Of a DNA stretch of 64,000 nucleotides, positions 21,101-35,354 are shown piece by piece. The stretch's first letter is position 1; the number at the start of each line of letters is the position of its first letter. The DNA comes from Yuukianura sp. NJ FZ-2021 (lineage: Eukaryota), in assembly GCA_046563655.1 (NCBI GenBank), contig CM102285.1, forward strand, positions 13,144,001 through 13,208,000. The letters run 5' to 3'. A model generated the notes under the pieces. It was given only the letters and a program-made list of their open reading frames with translations. It did not search any database and was not told where the DNA came from. The position numbers and the translations under genes are program-made.

Positions 21101-24100
21101 GTAGAATTTAAAAGATAGTCGATTCATTTGTTATTTGAAGAAGTTTGGAAAGAGACTAGAATTTGTTTCGTGGTTAGTTGGTCATTAAGGTACTTGGAAG
21201 TGCCGAGTCAGGAAAAGTGTCTTATATTATTGTCATTGACACTGTCTTCTTGACTTTAAATTAGTTTCATTGTTAGCAAGGGCTTGTCAGGATTCAGGAA
21301 CAAAAGAAATGAGGCTAAGGTTGGATAAGTTGACTAATGATTACAAAAGTCTTACTATTTCGTGCTTTTTGTTCGTGATTTGGCATTTTAACTAACTTTT
21401 TTTTTGGTTTTCAGTTTTTTGAAAAAGAGGGTGAAGAGTCCGACGTATGAAATTTCGGACATGGAGGTGGACGCTGGACTTTGTGAAAAAAGTGGAAACA
21501 TTGCGGCCAAAATTGCAGCTCTGAAGACGAACGGGGAAATGAACTGGAAGAAACGAATTTGCAAACCGATTATCAAAAATGTACTTGTGGATGATGAGCA
21601 TCGAAATATTGAAATTACGGCAAACAATAAGGTGAGTTGAAAATTACGTGGTTAAAAGCCGGTTGACTTTTGATGTAAAGCAATTGAGGTTTCTTTTTTC
21701 AATTGTTCTGTGGAGAAATTGAAATTTTTTTGTTCGGCGTTTCAGGACTCACCAAGTGTCATTGCAAATCGGCTTTCGCTTCTCACAAAATCACAAACGG
21801 GTTGGAAACAAAGAGTATCTGAAAATGATGCAACGGATTTAACCGTACAGTCCAAATTGGAAAAAGCAGGAAAATTGAAGGAAAGTTCAATTTTGTCTGA
21901 CAAAAAATCCAAGGCGTTGAATAATATTCTGACTCCAACGACATTTGCAAGTAAAGGAAATAAGACGCCAGCTCTGACTCAGGAACTGGAAAAACGCTTA
22001 AATGTTGTCAAGAAACTTCAACATCCACCGACAGCCTCTCCTGTTTCAAGTAAAACATGAATTTCGAATGCGATGCAAAAGATTTACTGAAAATTATTGA
22101 AATTGAAGGTCTATTGAAAATGTGTGCACAAGTTTTTATGAAAGTGTTTGTTTTTTGTTTTGTTGCAGGGTTAACAACTGCAGAAGTACCGACAGACGCT
22201 CAAGCAGTTCGCAACGTCAGCGTCAGCGAAATTGACACTGAAGCCTTTCGCAAGTTCTTTCCTTCACCAACTGAGATTTTCAGTGGCAGTCCATCCACCG
22301 TACCTCCAGTAAACTTTTCTCTAGATGATATTACGAGCACCAACAGACAGTTTCTGGGCGTGCGCAGGAACGTGCGGCTCAACCGAAATCATGCAGCAGT
22401 CCGAAATCCGATCAAATCCTTGGCATCTCGTCTTCCAGAACAGTCTTACACGGAACTTACACCGGAAGTGCGTGAAAAGGAACTCAAGAAACGCATTCAA
22501 GTTGAAAATCGTATGTAACCCAAGACCAAGAATAAAATTCTGTATTTTTCGCCTCTCTGCTTCCTATTCTGCGCCTCCGTATCTATCGTGTCCTAAATGT
22601 TGCTAACTAAAATCCTTTCTACGCCAAAATGTGTCTATCTGGTATTTCATTCGCATGCATGTTACTGTTCCTACTCGTATCATTTCTGTAGTATTTTCAA
22701 AAACTTAATTTCTTTTTAATTTGAAATTTCGACCCCCTACTTTTAGTTTCGAAAACGAGTCATTTGTCAGTGGAGGCATTAGCTGGGCTGGTGAGCAAAG
22801 AAGATTTTACAGCAGTTAAGTTAAAACGGGCAGAAAAAGAACCACGAAGCCAGGAAATTCCTTACCCAATGTTAATACGTATCAAAGGAAAACGTTTCGT
22901 GCAGAGTCGTCTTGTTCCGCCACTGGTGTCTAGTCTCAGTTCCGGTGATTGTTTTATTTTGATTACCAAAGACAAGGTGAGTTTTCTAAAGTTTTGTCGA
23001 CACTTCGTTCCATTTTATTACAACAATATTCGAAAAATTTTATTATCGTACGTATTTTTATCTTAGGTGTACCAATACATTGGCGAATTTTCAAATCGAA
23101 TGGAGAAAAACAAATTGGCGGACATTTTAACGCATTTATTGCAGAAACGAGATTTGGGAATTAAGTTGAACTCGCTCGCATCAGTAGTGACCATCGAGGC
23201 TCCATTTGCCATGGAAAGAGAAGATGTTAAGAATTTTTTCAAAGCGTTGGGAGGTGCGGAAATGGCATCGGAAGAAGCTGATGTTCTGGGAGACGCTGCT
23301 GATGAAGCGTACGAGTCCGGAGTCATACGAACAAATCGAGTTTTTGAAGTGGATCCAGTCAAAGAGCAACTGATTCCGTTGCTTGCTGATGGTGGATGGG
23401 GTTCTCAGCCGAAATATTCGATTTTGAAAGAGGATAAGGTAAAAAGCACGAGGAAATGTTTAGAGTAAATAACATGCTTTAATATTTGTGTTTGTGCTCT
23501 ATTTAGGTGTTGGTGTTTGACTTTGGATCTGAAATGTACGTCTGGTCTGGATGTCGAGCGGATCCGAACTTGAAAAGAACGGGTACTCTCCTGGCCCGTG
23601 AAATGTTTGAAGATTCGTACAACTTTTCAGAAGTTGGACACGAGTATAGTCCACTGGGACCTCAGTTGACTGGAGACAAACGACCAAATTGGTGCTGGTT
23701 CAAGCGCGTCACTCATCACATGGAACCGATTCTTTTCATTGAAAAGTTTTTCGACTGGCCGGACGAGAGCGGAAAATTAATAAGAGTTAAAACCATCAGC
23801 GAATCTAGTGGTGGGAAGGAGGGAGGATTTCACTTCACGCCGTGTGATGTGCAAGAAATGATGGATGCTGCAAATAGTATTGAAGATCCTGTTCTGGATT
23901 TGGAGGGATTCAACGTCTCTCGCGGAACGGAAGTTCATGATGAAAAGGTACCAGAAACAGCTTAAGAATTGTTTGGAATGCTTGATTGTTAAGTTTTTTT
24001 TTCTTTTGTCCAGGAACATCGGCACTACGTAATTACCACGCTGGAAGTTACCGCTTGGAGGATTTCAGAATTTTCCAAAACACCTATCGATGCTCAATCG

Positions 24101-25950
24101 CTGGGCCACTTTTACTCAACAGAGACTTACGTCGTTAGGTGGCACTACAGTGTAATGCAAACCGGGCGAGACTTGAAAGGAAATCAATCCAAACATGGCG
24201 GAGTTTTGGGTCGAGCTCGTACGGCATATTTCTTTTGGCATGGAAAAGATTCCAAAGCAACTGAACAAGGTAAAATATGCTTCCTGGATGCTGAATTGTT
24301 AACTCACACCGTTTACTTACGTTTTTGTACCACTTTGCAGGCACATCAGCTTTGATGACTGTTGAATTGGACGAAGAAAAGGGACCTCAAGTGAGTGATC
24401 TATTGATGACATTTTGAATTAATTATAACTTTCTCCGCGCTATGAATTGTCTACGAAAATCATTAAAAAATCCTTATGCGCAGGTCCGTGTCGTCCAAGG
24501 TCGAGAACCTCCAGCCTTCCTTGCCCTCTTCGATGGTCTGATGTTTATTCATTTAGGATCACCTGAAGAATGTGCCCAAAGAAGTAACTAACTTACTTTA
24601 AACGACCTGCTGAAATCAGGAAGCTTAATATATTCTTATCTATTATTAGATTTGCGTGTCTACGTAACAATGGGATGTTTGGACAAGGAAGGTCACTTCG
24701 TTGAAGTGTCTGCGGACCCGTCATCATTTAGAAGCCGAGGTTCATTTCTTGTTGTTGACAGGAGCAAAGGAAACTTTTGTCTTTGGCATGGCTGCCACAC
24801 CTCTCCCACAACCGAGAAGGTCATCTCATTGTTCTGAGTATTTATCCAGAAAATCTTGACATCTTGAATGTTAATGCAATGTATGCTTGATGTCATTAGA
24901 TTGCTCAAAAAGGTGCCAAATACATTTCAACCTCACCTTCGGAAATTGGCCTTCCGAAACCATTTCGTACTTTGGAAATGAGGGAAGGAGAAGAAACGAA
25001 GGAGGTCTGGGAGCGGCTTGGCCTCAAATCCGAAATGGAGTGGAGAGAGTCCTACACGTCGCTCCGAGCACAAGCAAACGGTTCTAGTCAAACTACTGTT
25101 TTTCAATTCACCACCCTCAACGGGATCTTCGAAGCACATCCACTTCTCAGTCCAAAGCGCAAAATGGACACTTTGCACTTATTTTCGGTTTTGCAAGAAG
25201 ATTTGTACAACGTACGGCAGCCTGGTGAGTTTGAGGAATCATTGCAGTAAATCTTCCGAATGCTAACAGATTTTGATTTTTCATTATATGTAGCTATCTT
25301 TTTGGTGACACACGGATCTGACGTTTGGTTGTGGCATGGATGGATTCCACGAGGAGATGAAGAAAACGAAAACACGTCAACTGGTAAGCAGCGAAATAGT
25401 GAATAACAGCTTTAAAAATTGTATTCGACAGCACATGCTGACCGATTCGTTCGTTTTCAGGATCTGGGGAGTATCGTTGGGCAGCCGAGCGGAAAGCAGC
25501 GCTTGACACTATTGTTAATCTGGTCAAACACAAGAATGGAAGAGGGTTCCTAGTCCACGCTGGACTGGAACCGCCGTTATTTCGCTGCCTCTTTCCATAC
25601 TGGTCAACAAATCAAGAAGCAAGAGAATGCAATCTCGCTGACGGCAAATTAGAAGATGGTGCTATATCCTTGTCGGCCGCATTAGAATTATTTAAGAAGA
25701 AAACTTACACGCTCCAAGAAATTCAAGAACGTCCAGAAGGGGTGGATCTACTTAGATTGGAAGATTATCTGTGTGACAGCGATTTTTTGGTGAGATTACG
25801 AATTTGGGAAAACTTTCAGGCGAAATAGTTGGAAAAACTTTAATAATTTTGTTTTGTTTTTAGAATCTTTTAAAAATGAGTCGCGACGATTTTGGAAAAT
25901 TACAACAATGGAGGAAGACTGAAATCAAGAAACAAGTTGGCCTTTTCTAA
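15198..25950 (+). CDS. SVIL: Supervillin (gelsolin repeats plus villin headpiece), more than 20 exons
   Basis: RFQTQPIT, LSVEALAGLVSKEDF, MLIRIKGKRFVQSRLV, SLSSGDCFIL, VLVFDFGSEMYVWSG, YFFWHG, VRVVQGREPPAF and terminal WRKTEIKKQVGLF*. The N-terminal exon set is less certain than the C-terminal half. Confidence 0.93.
16186..16350. mobile_element. MITE in supervillin intron, 8-bp TSD
   Basis: CATGTAATTTGGTCGCAAGTAATAAGGTCGCAAACGCA is perfectly inverted at the right end. CTTCAGAT at 16178-16185 and 16351-16358. Central AACCTAACCTAACC. Confidence 0.9.
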
Positions 25951-26283
25951 GCGGATTGAGGCAGAAATTCTAACCATTTTTATATTTTGCAACTGTTACA
26001 ATCTTTGTATCATATTTCATCTATAAGTTCTCTAACGTCTGTCTCAAACGCGATATTAACAACGCTGAGAATTGTTCAAATAAAACGGGAATTACAGAAA
26101 CCAGAAGTTCAATTTGAATCTCAACTTTTAGAAAATGAAAAATCGTTTAGTTCTAATTGAATTTTAAATTTAACTAAGATTAACCAAATTATTAAAGTTT
26201 ATTAAAGAGAAATTAAAGTCTAACACACTGTTTTTAACGGTTTTTAATAATTGGTTAAAGCAATTAACTAAATACGTTAATTG

Positions 26284-27809
26284 TGCGAATTTAGGAAAAA
26301 GTATGAAAGGAGAGATGCAAGGAATTAAATTGCGAATTTTTGGAGCATTTGATTCCCATAAGACAAGGGAAGGCGCCGCTGTTTGAGTGGAAAAAGTAAC
26401 AGGAGATTCTACAGCACGAGAAGGCTCCTCTCCCTCCTTTGCCGACAAGGGAAGCGAGTGTGGGAAGCGAGTAAAAAGTTGAGGTGGGCAGGGAGCCTTT
26501 GTGGGCCGTAGGATCCCCTTGCAGCTCCCTGCACTTTCAAAACTGACTCCTTTCTTCTCCATGTTAAATCTCTTTCAGAAAATTCAACAAAATCAAAAAC
26601 TTTAAAAATTCATAACTTTGGAATGGAAAGCGATAGGAAGCTAAACTCTTCACGCCTGAACTCAGAAAGACATGTAGAATTTTCTAAAATTTTAAAAAGG
26701 TACTCTAAAATTTTGAACAAATTTCGAAAAAATTGAAGGCACAGCCTTTAGGATTTTTTTGGCAAAAAATTTATTTAGCTCGTTTTTTGGCTTTTTAAAA
26801 TTTTGCAACGAATTAAGCGTGAGCCGAGCGGTATAATCGGTGAAATCACTGCAAATTGATTTTTGTTTTTAGAAATTTCTAAAAACGGAATTGTGCATTT
26901 GTTTGTGTGGAAGTGAAAAAGTTGAGCAGAAAAGTGAACACTTTTGAATGGATTAATCCCTCAACTTTTTCGTTCATTCAAACTTACTTCCATACAAAAC
27001 ATTTCAAAAATCAAAAAAGTTTCCAAATTCATTATCTCGGGAACGTAGTGAATTATTGAGGAGATCTCTTCACTGCTAAATTCAGAACAACCTACAGTAT
27101 TTTAAAAATTTTAAAAAAGATCAAAACCTAAAAGCTGTCAAAATTTTGATGCTGTGTTTTTTTTCTATACTTCTTGTTTTTTGTTTTTTAAAATTTTTGC
27201 ATCAAATTGTTTAGGACGATGTCGGATGACTAGATCCGAGCGCTGGAGCCACAGAAATCGCTGCAATGTTGAAATTTTTCGAAGTTAAAAACGACCGAAA
27301 AATGAGGGTGTTTGTGTGGGAGTGAAAAAGTTCAGTCGAAAAGTGAACACTTTTGAATGGATTGATCCCTCAACTTTTTCGTTCATTCAAACTTACTTCC
27401 ATACAAAACAGTTCAAAATTCAAAAACGTTTCAAAATTCATAACTCGGGAAGGGAATGCATTATTGCTTTCTGTTCACGAGATGTGAATTTTTAAAGTTT
27501 TTGATTTTTTGAAATTTTCTGAAAGAGATTTAACGTGGAGAAGTTGAGGAGTCTAGTTCGAAAGTGACCGGAGCTGCAAGGGTATCATACGGTCCAGAAA
27601 GGCTCCCTGTCCACTTCAACTTTTATTTTCCCACACTCGCTTCTCTCGTTGGCAAAGGAGGGAGAGGAGCCTTCTCGTGCTGTGGAATCTCCTGTCACTT
27701 CTTCCTCGCAACCAGCGGCGTCTTCCCTTGTCTTATGGGAATCAAATGCTCCAAAAATACGCAATTTATTCATGGAATCTCTCCTTTCATACTTTCTCCT
27801 AAATTCGCA
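26284..27809. mobile_element. Foldback-type non-autonomous element with ~330-bp imperfect inverted arms and ~407-bp internal direct repeats
   Basis: 26284-26615 is the reverse complement of ~27485-27809 (the ORF track shows AKEGEEPSRAVESPVT on both strands). The block TTTGTGTGG...TGAACACTTTTGAATGGATT...CATACAAAAC recurs at ~26903 and ~27310. No clear TSD. Confidence 0.8.
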
Positions 27810-28075
27810 AAGTGTTCCCCGTGAGAGGCGCAACGAATGCTTCATTTAAAAGCAAATCAAACTAAATCGTTAACCACTCGTTACTTCGCTCAAAAATTTT
27901 TAAAAATTTAAAAAATCATCTCTTCGTTCATTTTATCCCCAAAATTTGAAATAAAATATAAAACTGTCAACTTGGCAATGAATTCTGCAATTCCAACGCT
28001 TTTCGATTCACACAATGGGGAAATTATTTATTGAAAAAATGATTTATTTCTTGGGAAAATCGTTTTTGCTGTGAT

Positions 28076-28570
28076 TTAGAAGAATGGATGATCATTTTTG
28101 CTGGTTTTGACCAAATCGTCCATTGGTTGAATCACATCCCAATGCTCAACGATTTTTCCATTTGCCACTCGGAAGATATCGATGATTGCCAAGAACTTGC
28201 CCTCGTTCTCTGGATCTGGGAACTTGACATGGAGCCACACGAGGTCACCGTCAGCAGCAGCTCTTCGGATGTCCATTGTCTTCTTTGGACCAGTTGCCCA
28301 GTCAGCAATTGTTTGCTTTAATCCCTCCAGTCCGTCGACGGCCAGTGGATTGTGCTCAATGAAGCTTGGATCAAAGTACTTCTCTACGGCAGATACATCT
28401 TGGTCGCCCTAGAGGTCACAACGAGGTCACAATTACAATTTAATTCCAAAATTTTGAATTTAAAATGTCCAAACTTTCAAAGAAATTTTAAAACTTACGA
28501 AACACGCTTGGTACGCTGTCTTGACCAACTCCTTGTTCTTGTTTTCCAACTCTTTTTGCGCATCAGCCAT
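28076..28570 (-). CDS. SnoaL-like / NTF2-fold protein (134 aa) of bacterial type; exons 28570-28499, 28408-28076
   Basis: Spliced product MADAQKELENKNKELVKTAYQACF|GDQDVSAVEKYFDPSFIEHNPLAVDGLEGL...ADGDLVWLHV...DIFRVANGKIVEHWDVIQP...SKNDHPFF. GTAAGT...CTAG phase-0 intron. An additional 5' UTR intron lies at ~28706-28582. Confidence 0.9.
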
Positions 28571-28769
28571 TGTTGAAGATTCTAGAAAACGAAAATTGGG
28601 GTTCTTTTCCTTAAATTATGGTTAACTTTTGCAATTTACATCTATAAGAAGCCTACAAATTGCAGCAACTAACTATCTAAGATTACTGAAAATGTCAATA
28701 ACTTACTTTGTATAGTAAGATCCGTGATCCAAGAAGCTAAACACCCAGCTCACTCGAGACGTTCTTGGT

Positions 28770-28775
28770 AACTGA
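28770..28775 (-). promoter_or_regulatory. Arthropod-type initiator TCAGTT of the SnoaL-like gene
   Basis: Reverse-strand TCAGTT about 65 nt upstream of the GTAAGT donor at 28706. Confidence 0.5.
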
Positions 28776-30222
28776 CACAGATTAGCACAAACTCGTGAAG
28801 TTTTTAGCTTTTGTACAAAAGTTAAATTCAGTTGTAAGCTCTTATTTGCGTCAATCATTGTTTGCATTTTTCCCATCTTATCTTTCCAATGACCCCTTGT
28901 GAGAAGAGTATAATGTTGGAGGTCAACCGTGTGATGAGAGCTTTGAATTAATTACTTTAGGTTTAATTATGCAATTGATATTCTATTTTATGTCAGTCAA
29001 CCTTACATAATGCATTTTCCTCTCACAATCTTTTAGTTTTAGAAAACGTTCAAAATGCAAATACGTTTTATCATCACGTAGTCTGTAATAATATCAACAA
29101 GCATCATTCTTGGTTCTATTTCTGCAAGTGCAAATTATTTGCGCAGATTTCATCAGACGCTGAGGATGTTTGCAGGTCAATGCTAAGAAATTATCAGTAA
29201 AAATTGCGAACACGTCTGGATGAGTTTCCAAAGTGTAAGTTCCCGTTATGGCTTCTGTTTTGTGTTATCTTGTGTGAAAAGTCCTTCAGCTTTTAAACAC
29301 ACACCTACAAATAACGTCATTCAACTCTTCTGTGCTTAAAAGTTTAGTTTTAAAATAAAGTTTTTGGTTTTTGAAGAGAAAAGTAGTTTTTTCCATTGCT
29401 GTTTCTTCACGCCGCATGAAAAAAATATTATTTTTCCTATGCTGAAGCTGGCTTCAAAACCACAGAAAAAAGAATTTAATTTTTATGTGGCGTTTGGTTG
29501 TAGCAACAAAAAAAATCAAAGTTTTTAGCTTTCCAAATTTTTAAACTCAAGTTAATTGGGAAGTGAAAGTGAAACTAACCTTATCAAAGTGCTACAATCT
29601 AAAGCTAAATTTCGAAAATTGTTGACTTTTTGAAATTTTGAGAGGAAAAGTCAACAAATTCATCGAGACGAAGACTGAGAGCGTCTTGATTAGTATTCAT
29701 TGCTAAGACATTATCTTAAAAAATGTGACACACTTCTTCTGGATGGATGATGCTTTTGAAAGTAGCTTGTTTGCTTCTGTTTTGTGTAATCTTCTGTAAA
29801 ACATCCTTCAGATGATACAAAACACTTTTCAATAACTTCAAATTTACGAAGTCATTGATGTTAAAAGCATCGATGTACAAAGTAAACTTTTTCAATAGAA
29901 ATGAAGGTCAGCTAATCAAATTTCACCCTGCACTGTTGAGTTTTTAACGGAAGTTTGTGGTTTCATTAATTACAGTTGGAGCTACAAGTTTCTAATTATT
30001 TCATGGACAAAGTTCGAAAGGTCAGAACTTACAACTCTATTTGTCCATAAAATAAGTTGAAACGTTGATGTCACATTGTTAAGCCTATGTGACCAACTTA
30101 GTTTGTCTCGCTATAAATAAGGTATTCATGATTGACGACTGATTGTAATGCAATTAATTTATTGTAGCTACATGGAAAGCTTACTTTGTTGTCACAGACA
30201 TTTTGGCACAGTGTCCTTGGCG

Positions 30223-32486
<2,264 letters not shown>

Positions 32487-35318
32487 TCCGGCGAAGTCTG
32501 GAGTCTGCAAATTATAATACCCTCTAAAATCACCTGTTAATGAGCAAAAAAAATTGTTTAGTAACTCATAGTCATAGTTTTCAAATTAAGATCATTCCGC
32601 AGAAAAGTACTAAAAGAGTGCTGCTAAATTGCGTAAGCCAGTGCTTGGTTTAAGTTAGTTGCTATACACTGCCCAACATCCTCCAGCATGGAGACTAACG
32701 TGAAGCCAACTGCAAAAAATATTGGCTTACACCATGTACTGTTCCTGGAGGATTGGGTCAGTCTGCTACTCCTTGATAAAAGATTTTGCAGTAGCAAACG
32801 CATGTCATTTAATTAGCAAAATCGGAATCCCGTGTCCATCCAAAGTCAGTGCTCAAATTCAAAAACAAAAGCAGGAAAACGTTTCAGCAAATTAGATGTT
32901 TAAATGGAATTAAAGAAAAATCATAAATACAGCAAATGATATCGTACAAAAATGATTTTAAAAAAATTAGCCAAGCCTTAGCAAGAAAGTGTTTAGCTTA
33001 GCAAGATTAACGATAACGATATTCTTTTACAACATGTCGCTTGCAAATTGCAAGGTGCATTATTTGACTTCTTTCTAACAGAGAATTAAAATCTTCAGCT
33101 GCATAACTGTAAATTCCTTCAGCTTACCGAACAATGTTAGCTAGTAGTACGAACACAAAATGCTTGAATCAAATGGAAGATGAATACCGAAGCTTCTGTC
33201 TCGTCGTCTGTTACCACTGTTCCTATTTGACCCCTGGTTTGTCCGATCGGTACTCCTGTTGAACAAAGTAATTGAACACTATCGCCTAGCTATACTGCTA
33301 GTTAACAATTAATCTAATCTCCACAGTAAGAAAAAACACTTTAGTGTCAAGTGTCAGCTTACCGATAACTTTTGAAGTGTTTGTTTTGAAAATGAAAGCG
33401 ATAAAAATACCGCTACTCCAAACCGGTATCAGTATCTGTCGTCACGGTTCGGACGAAGAGTTCCGCCAGAAGATGGCACTCAGAACCAAAGCATCGTAGC
33501 ACCTTATGAGGTTTACACTAATATATGATTTGTTTAAGATATTAATTAATTTCGCTAATTAATAGTGTAGTTACCTCACGATTATTTAAGACATGTCCAG
33601 AACTGGGCCCAGTGAAGAATCTTAAATCAAAGTTAAGAAAACTTTATAGTTTTTCAGACATCCGTGACTGAGATATTTCGTTCGTTGAAGAGTTTCGTTA
33701 ATTGTCCATTTTTTCTAACTTTGTTTCCTTTGATCATTGTAAATTTTGAAAATGAAAAAACTGAAAATTTATAGTGAGCAAGAATGCAGTTAATCGTTGG
33801 TTTTTGAAGGGCTGTAGTTCCGTAGCGTGTAATTTCGATTTCTTTGGATCACCATCTGGGCCCTTGAAGGTAAGAAACAGAATTCATGATTCGGAGTAAT
33901 TATGAGATGCTGCTGGATGGATGCCCGTCTTTTTTCTGGATTCTGACATGAGAGACATGCAGTCTACTTGGTCCTTGGATTTCCACTTTTTACTAAGAAA
34001 AAGAGGCGGATCTCCCTTCCAGAATTCCTCAAGTGGAGCATTCCACAGAAGTCTATCAATTTGGAAGGAGAAGCTTAGAGTGTAATTGGGCTTCTCACAA
34101 GATCAGGAATTCCTGAGAGATCATCCTTCACCTGTTCACTGGATAATGTTAAATCAGGGTCCCCCTGCACCCTTAGCTCTTCCATCATCTTCATCTTTCT
34201 TCTGCATCACCCAAAAATGGATATAAATCAAAGTCAACAATCATGGTTACGTTTTTTGATGAGGCTTTTGAAACAGAAGAACGCTAATGTAAATTCCTCA
34301 ACTTCAAAAAACAAAGCATCTTGAATAGGTTCAAAATTTATAATTTAAAATCCGAAAATTAATCAAGGTAGCAGAAGTGAATTTTAAGCGATTCAAAAAA
34401 TTTTTGGAATTTGAAAAGTGGTCTGAAGGTCGCTACTATACTGAAAAATTCAAAAATTCACCCATTCTACGATTTCCTGTGAAAATTTACAAACTTGCTG
34501 AATTTCACCAACTTTTCAAAACAGCTTTCATAATTTCTCAAAAAGTTGAAAAGATTTGCGGGTATGTCTTTCCAAGCCTGTTTTTTTTTTGTATCCAAAA
34601 TGACAATTTGTTATTCTAAAATTCAGTTTTAATCGACCAGTGATTTTAATCAGATTTTTTGAATGAATAGACAACAAAAGGGAACCGTGACGTCCCATGG
34701 GGGGACTCTTGTGATATCTTCTTGTGTGAGATCAAAGTGATGATCTCCCTTGCTATTCAAATCTCTAAAAATTTAAAAGTTTTTAAAATTTTCAAATCTT
34801 GTTCCAAAATCTGTCATTTCCATCACCCAAAATTATCCATCTGCTTCAGAAATCCTTTCAGAAACGAAGAAATCATAACTTACTTTTCTAAAATTGGCAG
34901 TTGAAGGTTTATTTAATGGAGAAGCGGTGATATTCAAAGGAATGGAGCAGGAAATTAATCCGTTGTACTTGTTCATGGTCCCCTTGGCTGTTCTAACTCC
35001 TATTTTGACTTGAACGAACACAGTGGAGATGTCACGACTTTTGTTAGTCTAACCTAACCTAGTTATCAAGAATAGGAGACTAAAAAGAGACGAGTTATTT
35101 AAGAAAACAAATAAATCGGGGTTTGTTTCTCCAAAATCCAAGATTAAAGGGTTGAGAAACCGCTTTTCACAACGGAGGTTTCAAAAGCGCTAAATGCTTT
35201 TCTCTTTCATCATTGCCGCTAATTCGGAGAACCCAAATGGGCGCATCTTACTGAATAGCTTAAAATTTAGCTTAAGAATTGAATAATTTGATAATTATTT
35301 TTAATCCACGAAAATAAA

Positions 35319-35354
35319 TATTTACTAAATACAGCTAGCTGTATTTAGTAAATA
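35319..35354. repeat. Perfect 36-bp palindrome
   Basis: TATTTACTAAATACAGCT|AGCTGTATTTAGTAAATA. Confidence 0.95.

Noticed and set aside
28076..28570. Bacterial contamination or chimeric assembly
   Set aside because: The gene has two spliceosomal introns and host-like flanks between animal genes.
33800..34250. Possible decayed coding sequence (similar-looking patches at ~40.0-40.7 kb and ~46.3-46.5 kb)
   Set aside because: Frames are broken, with no recognisable motif and only very short shared words; cannot be supported without a search.
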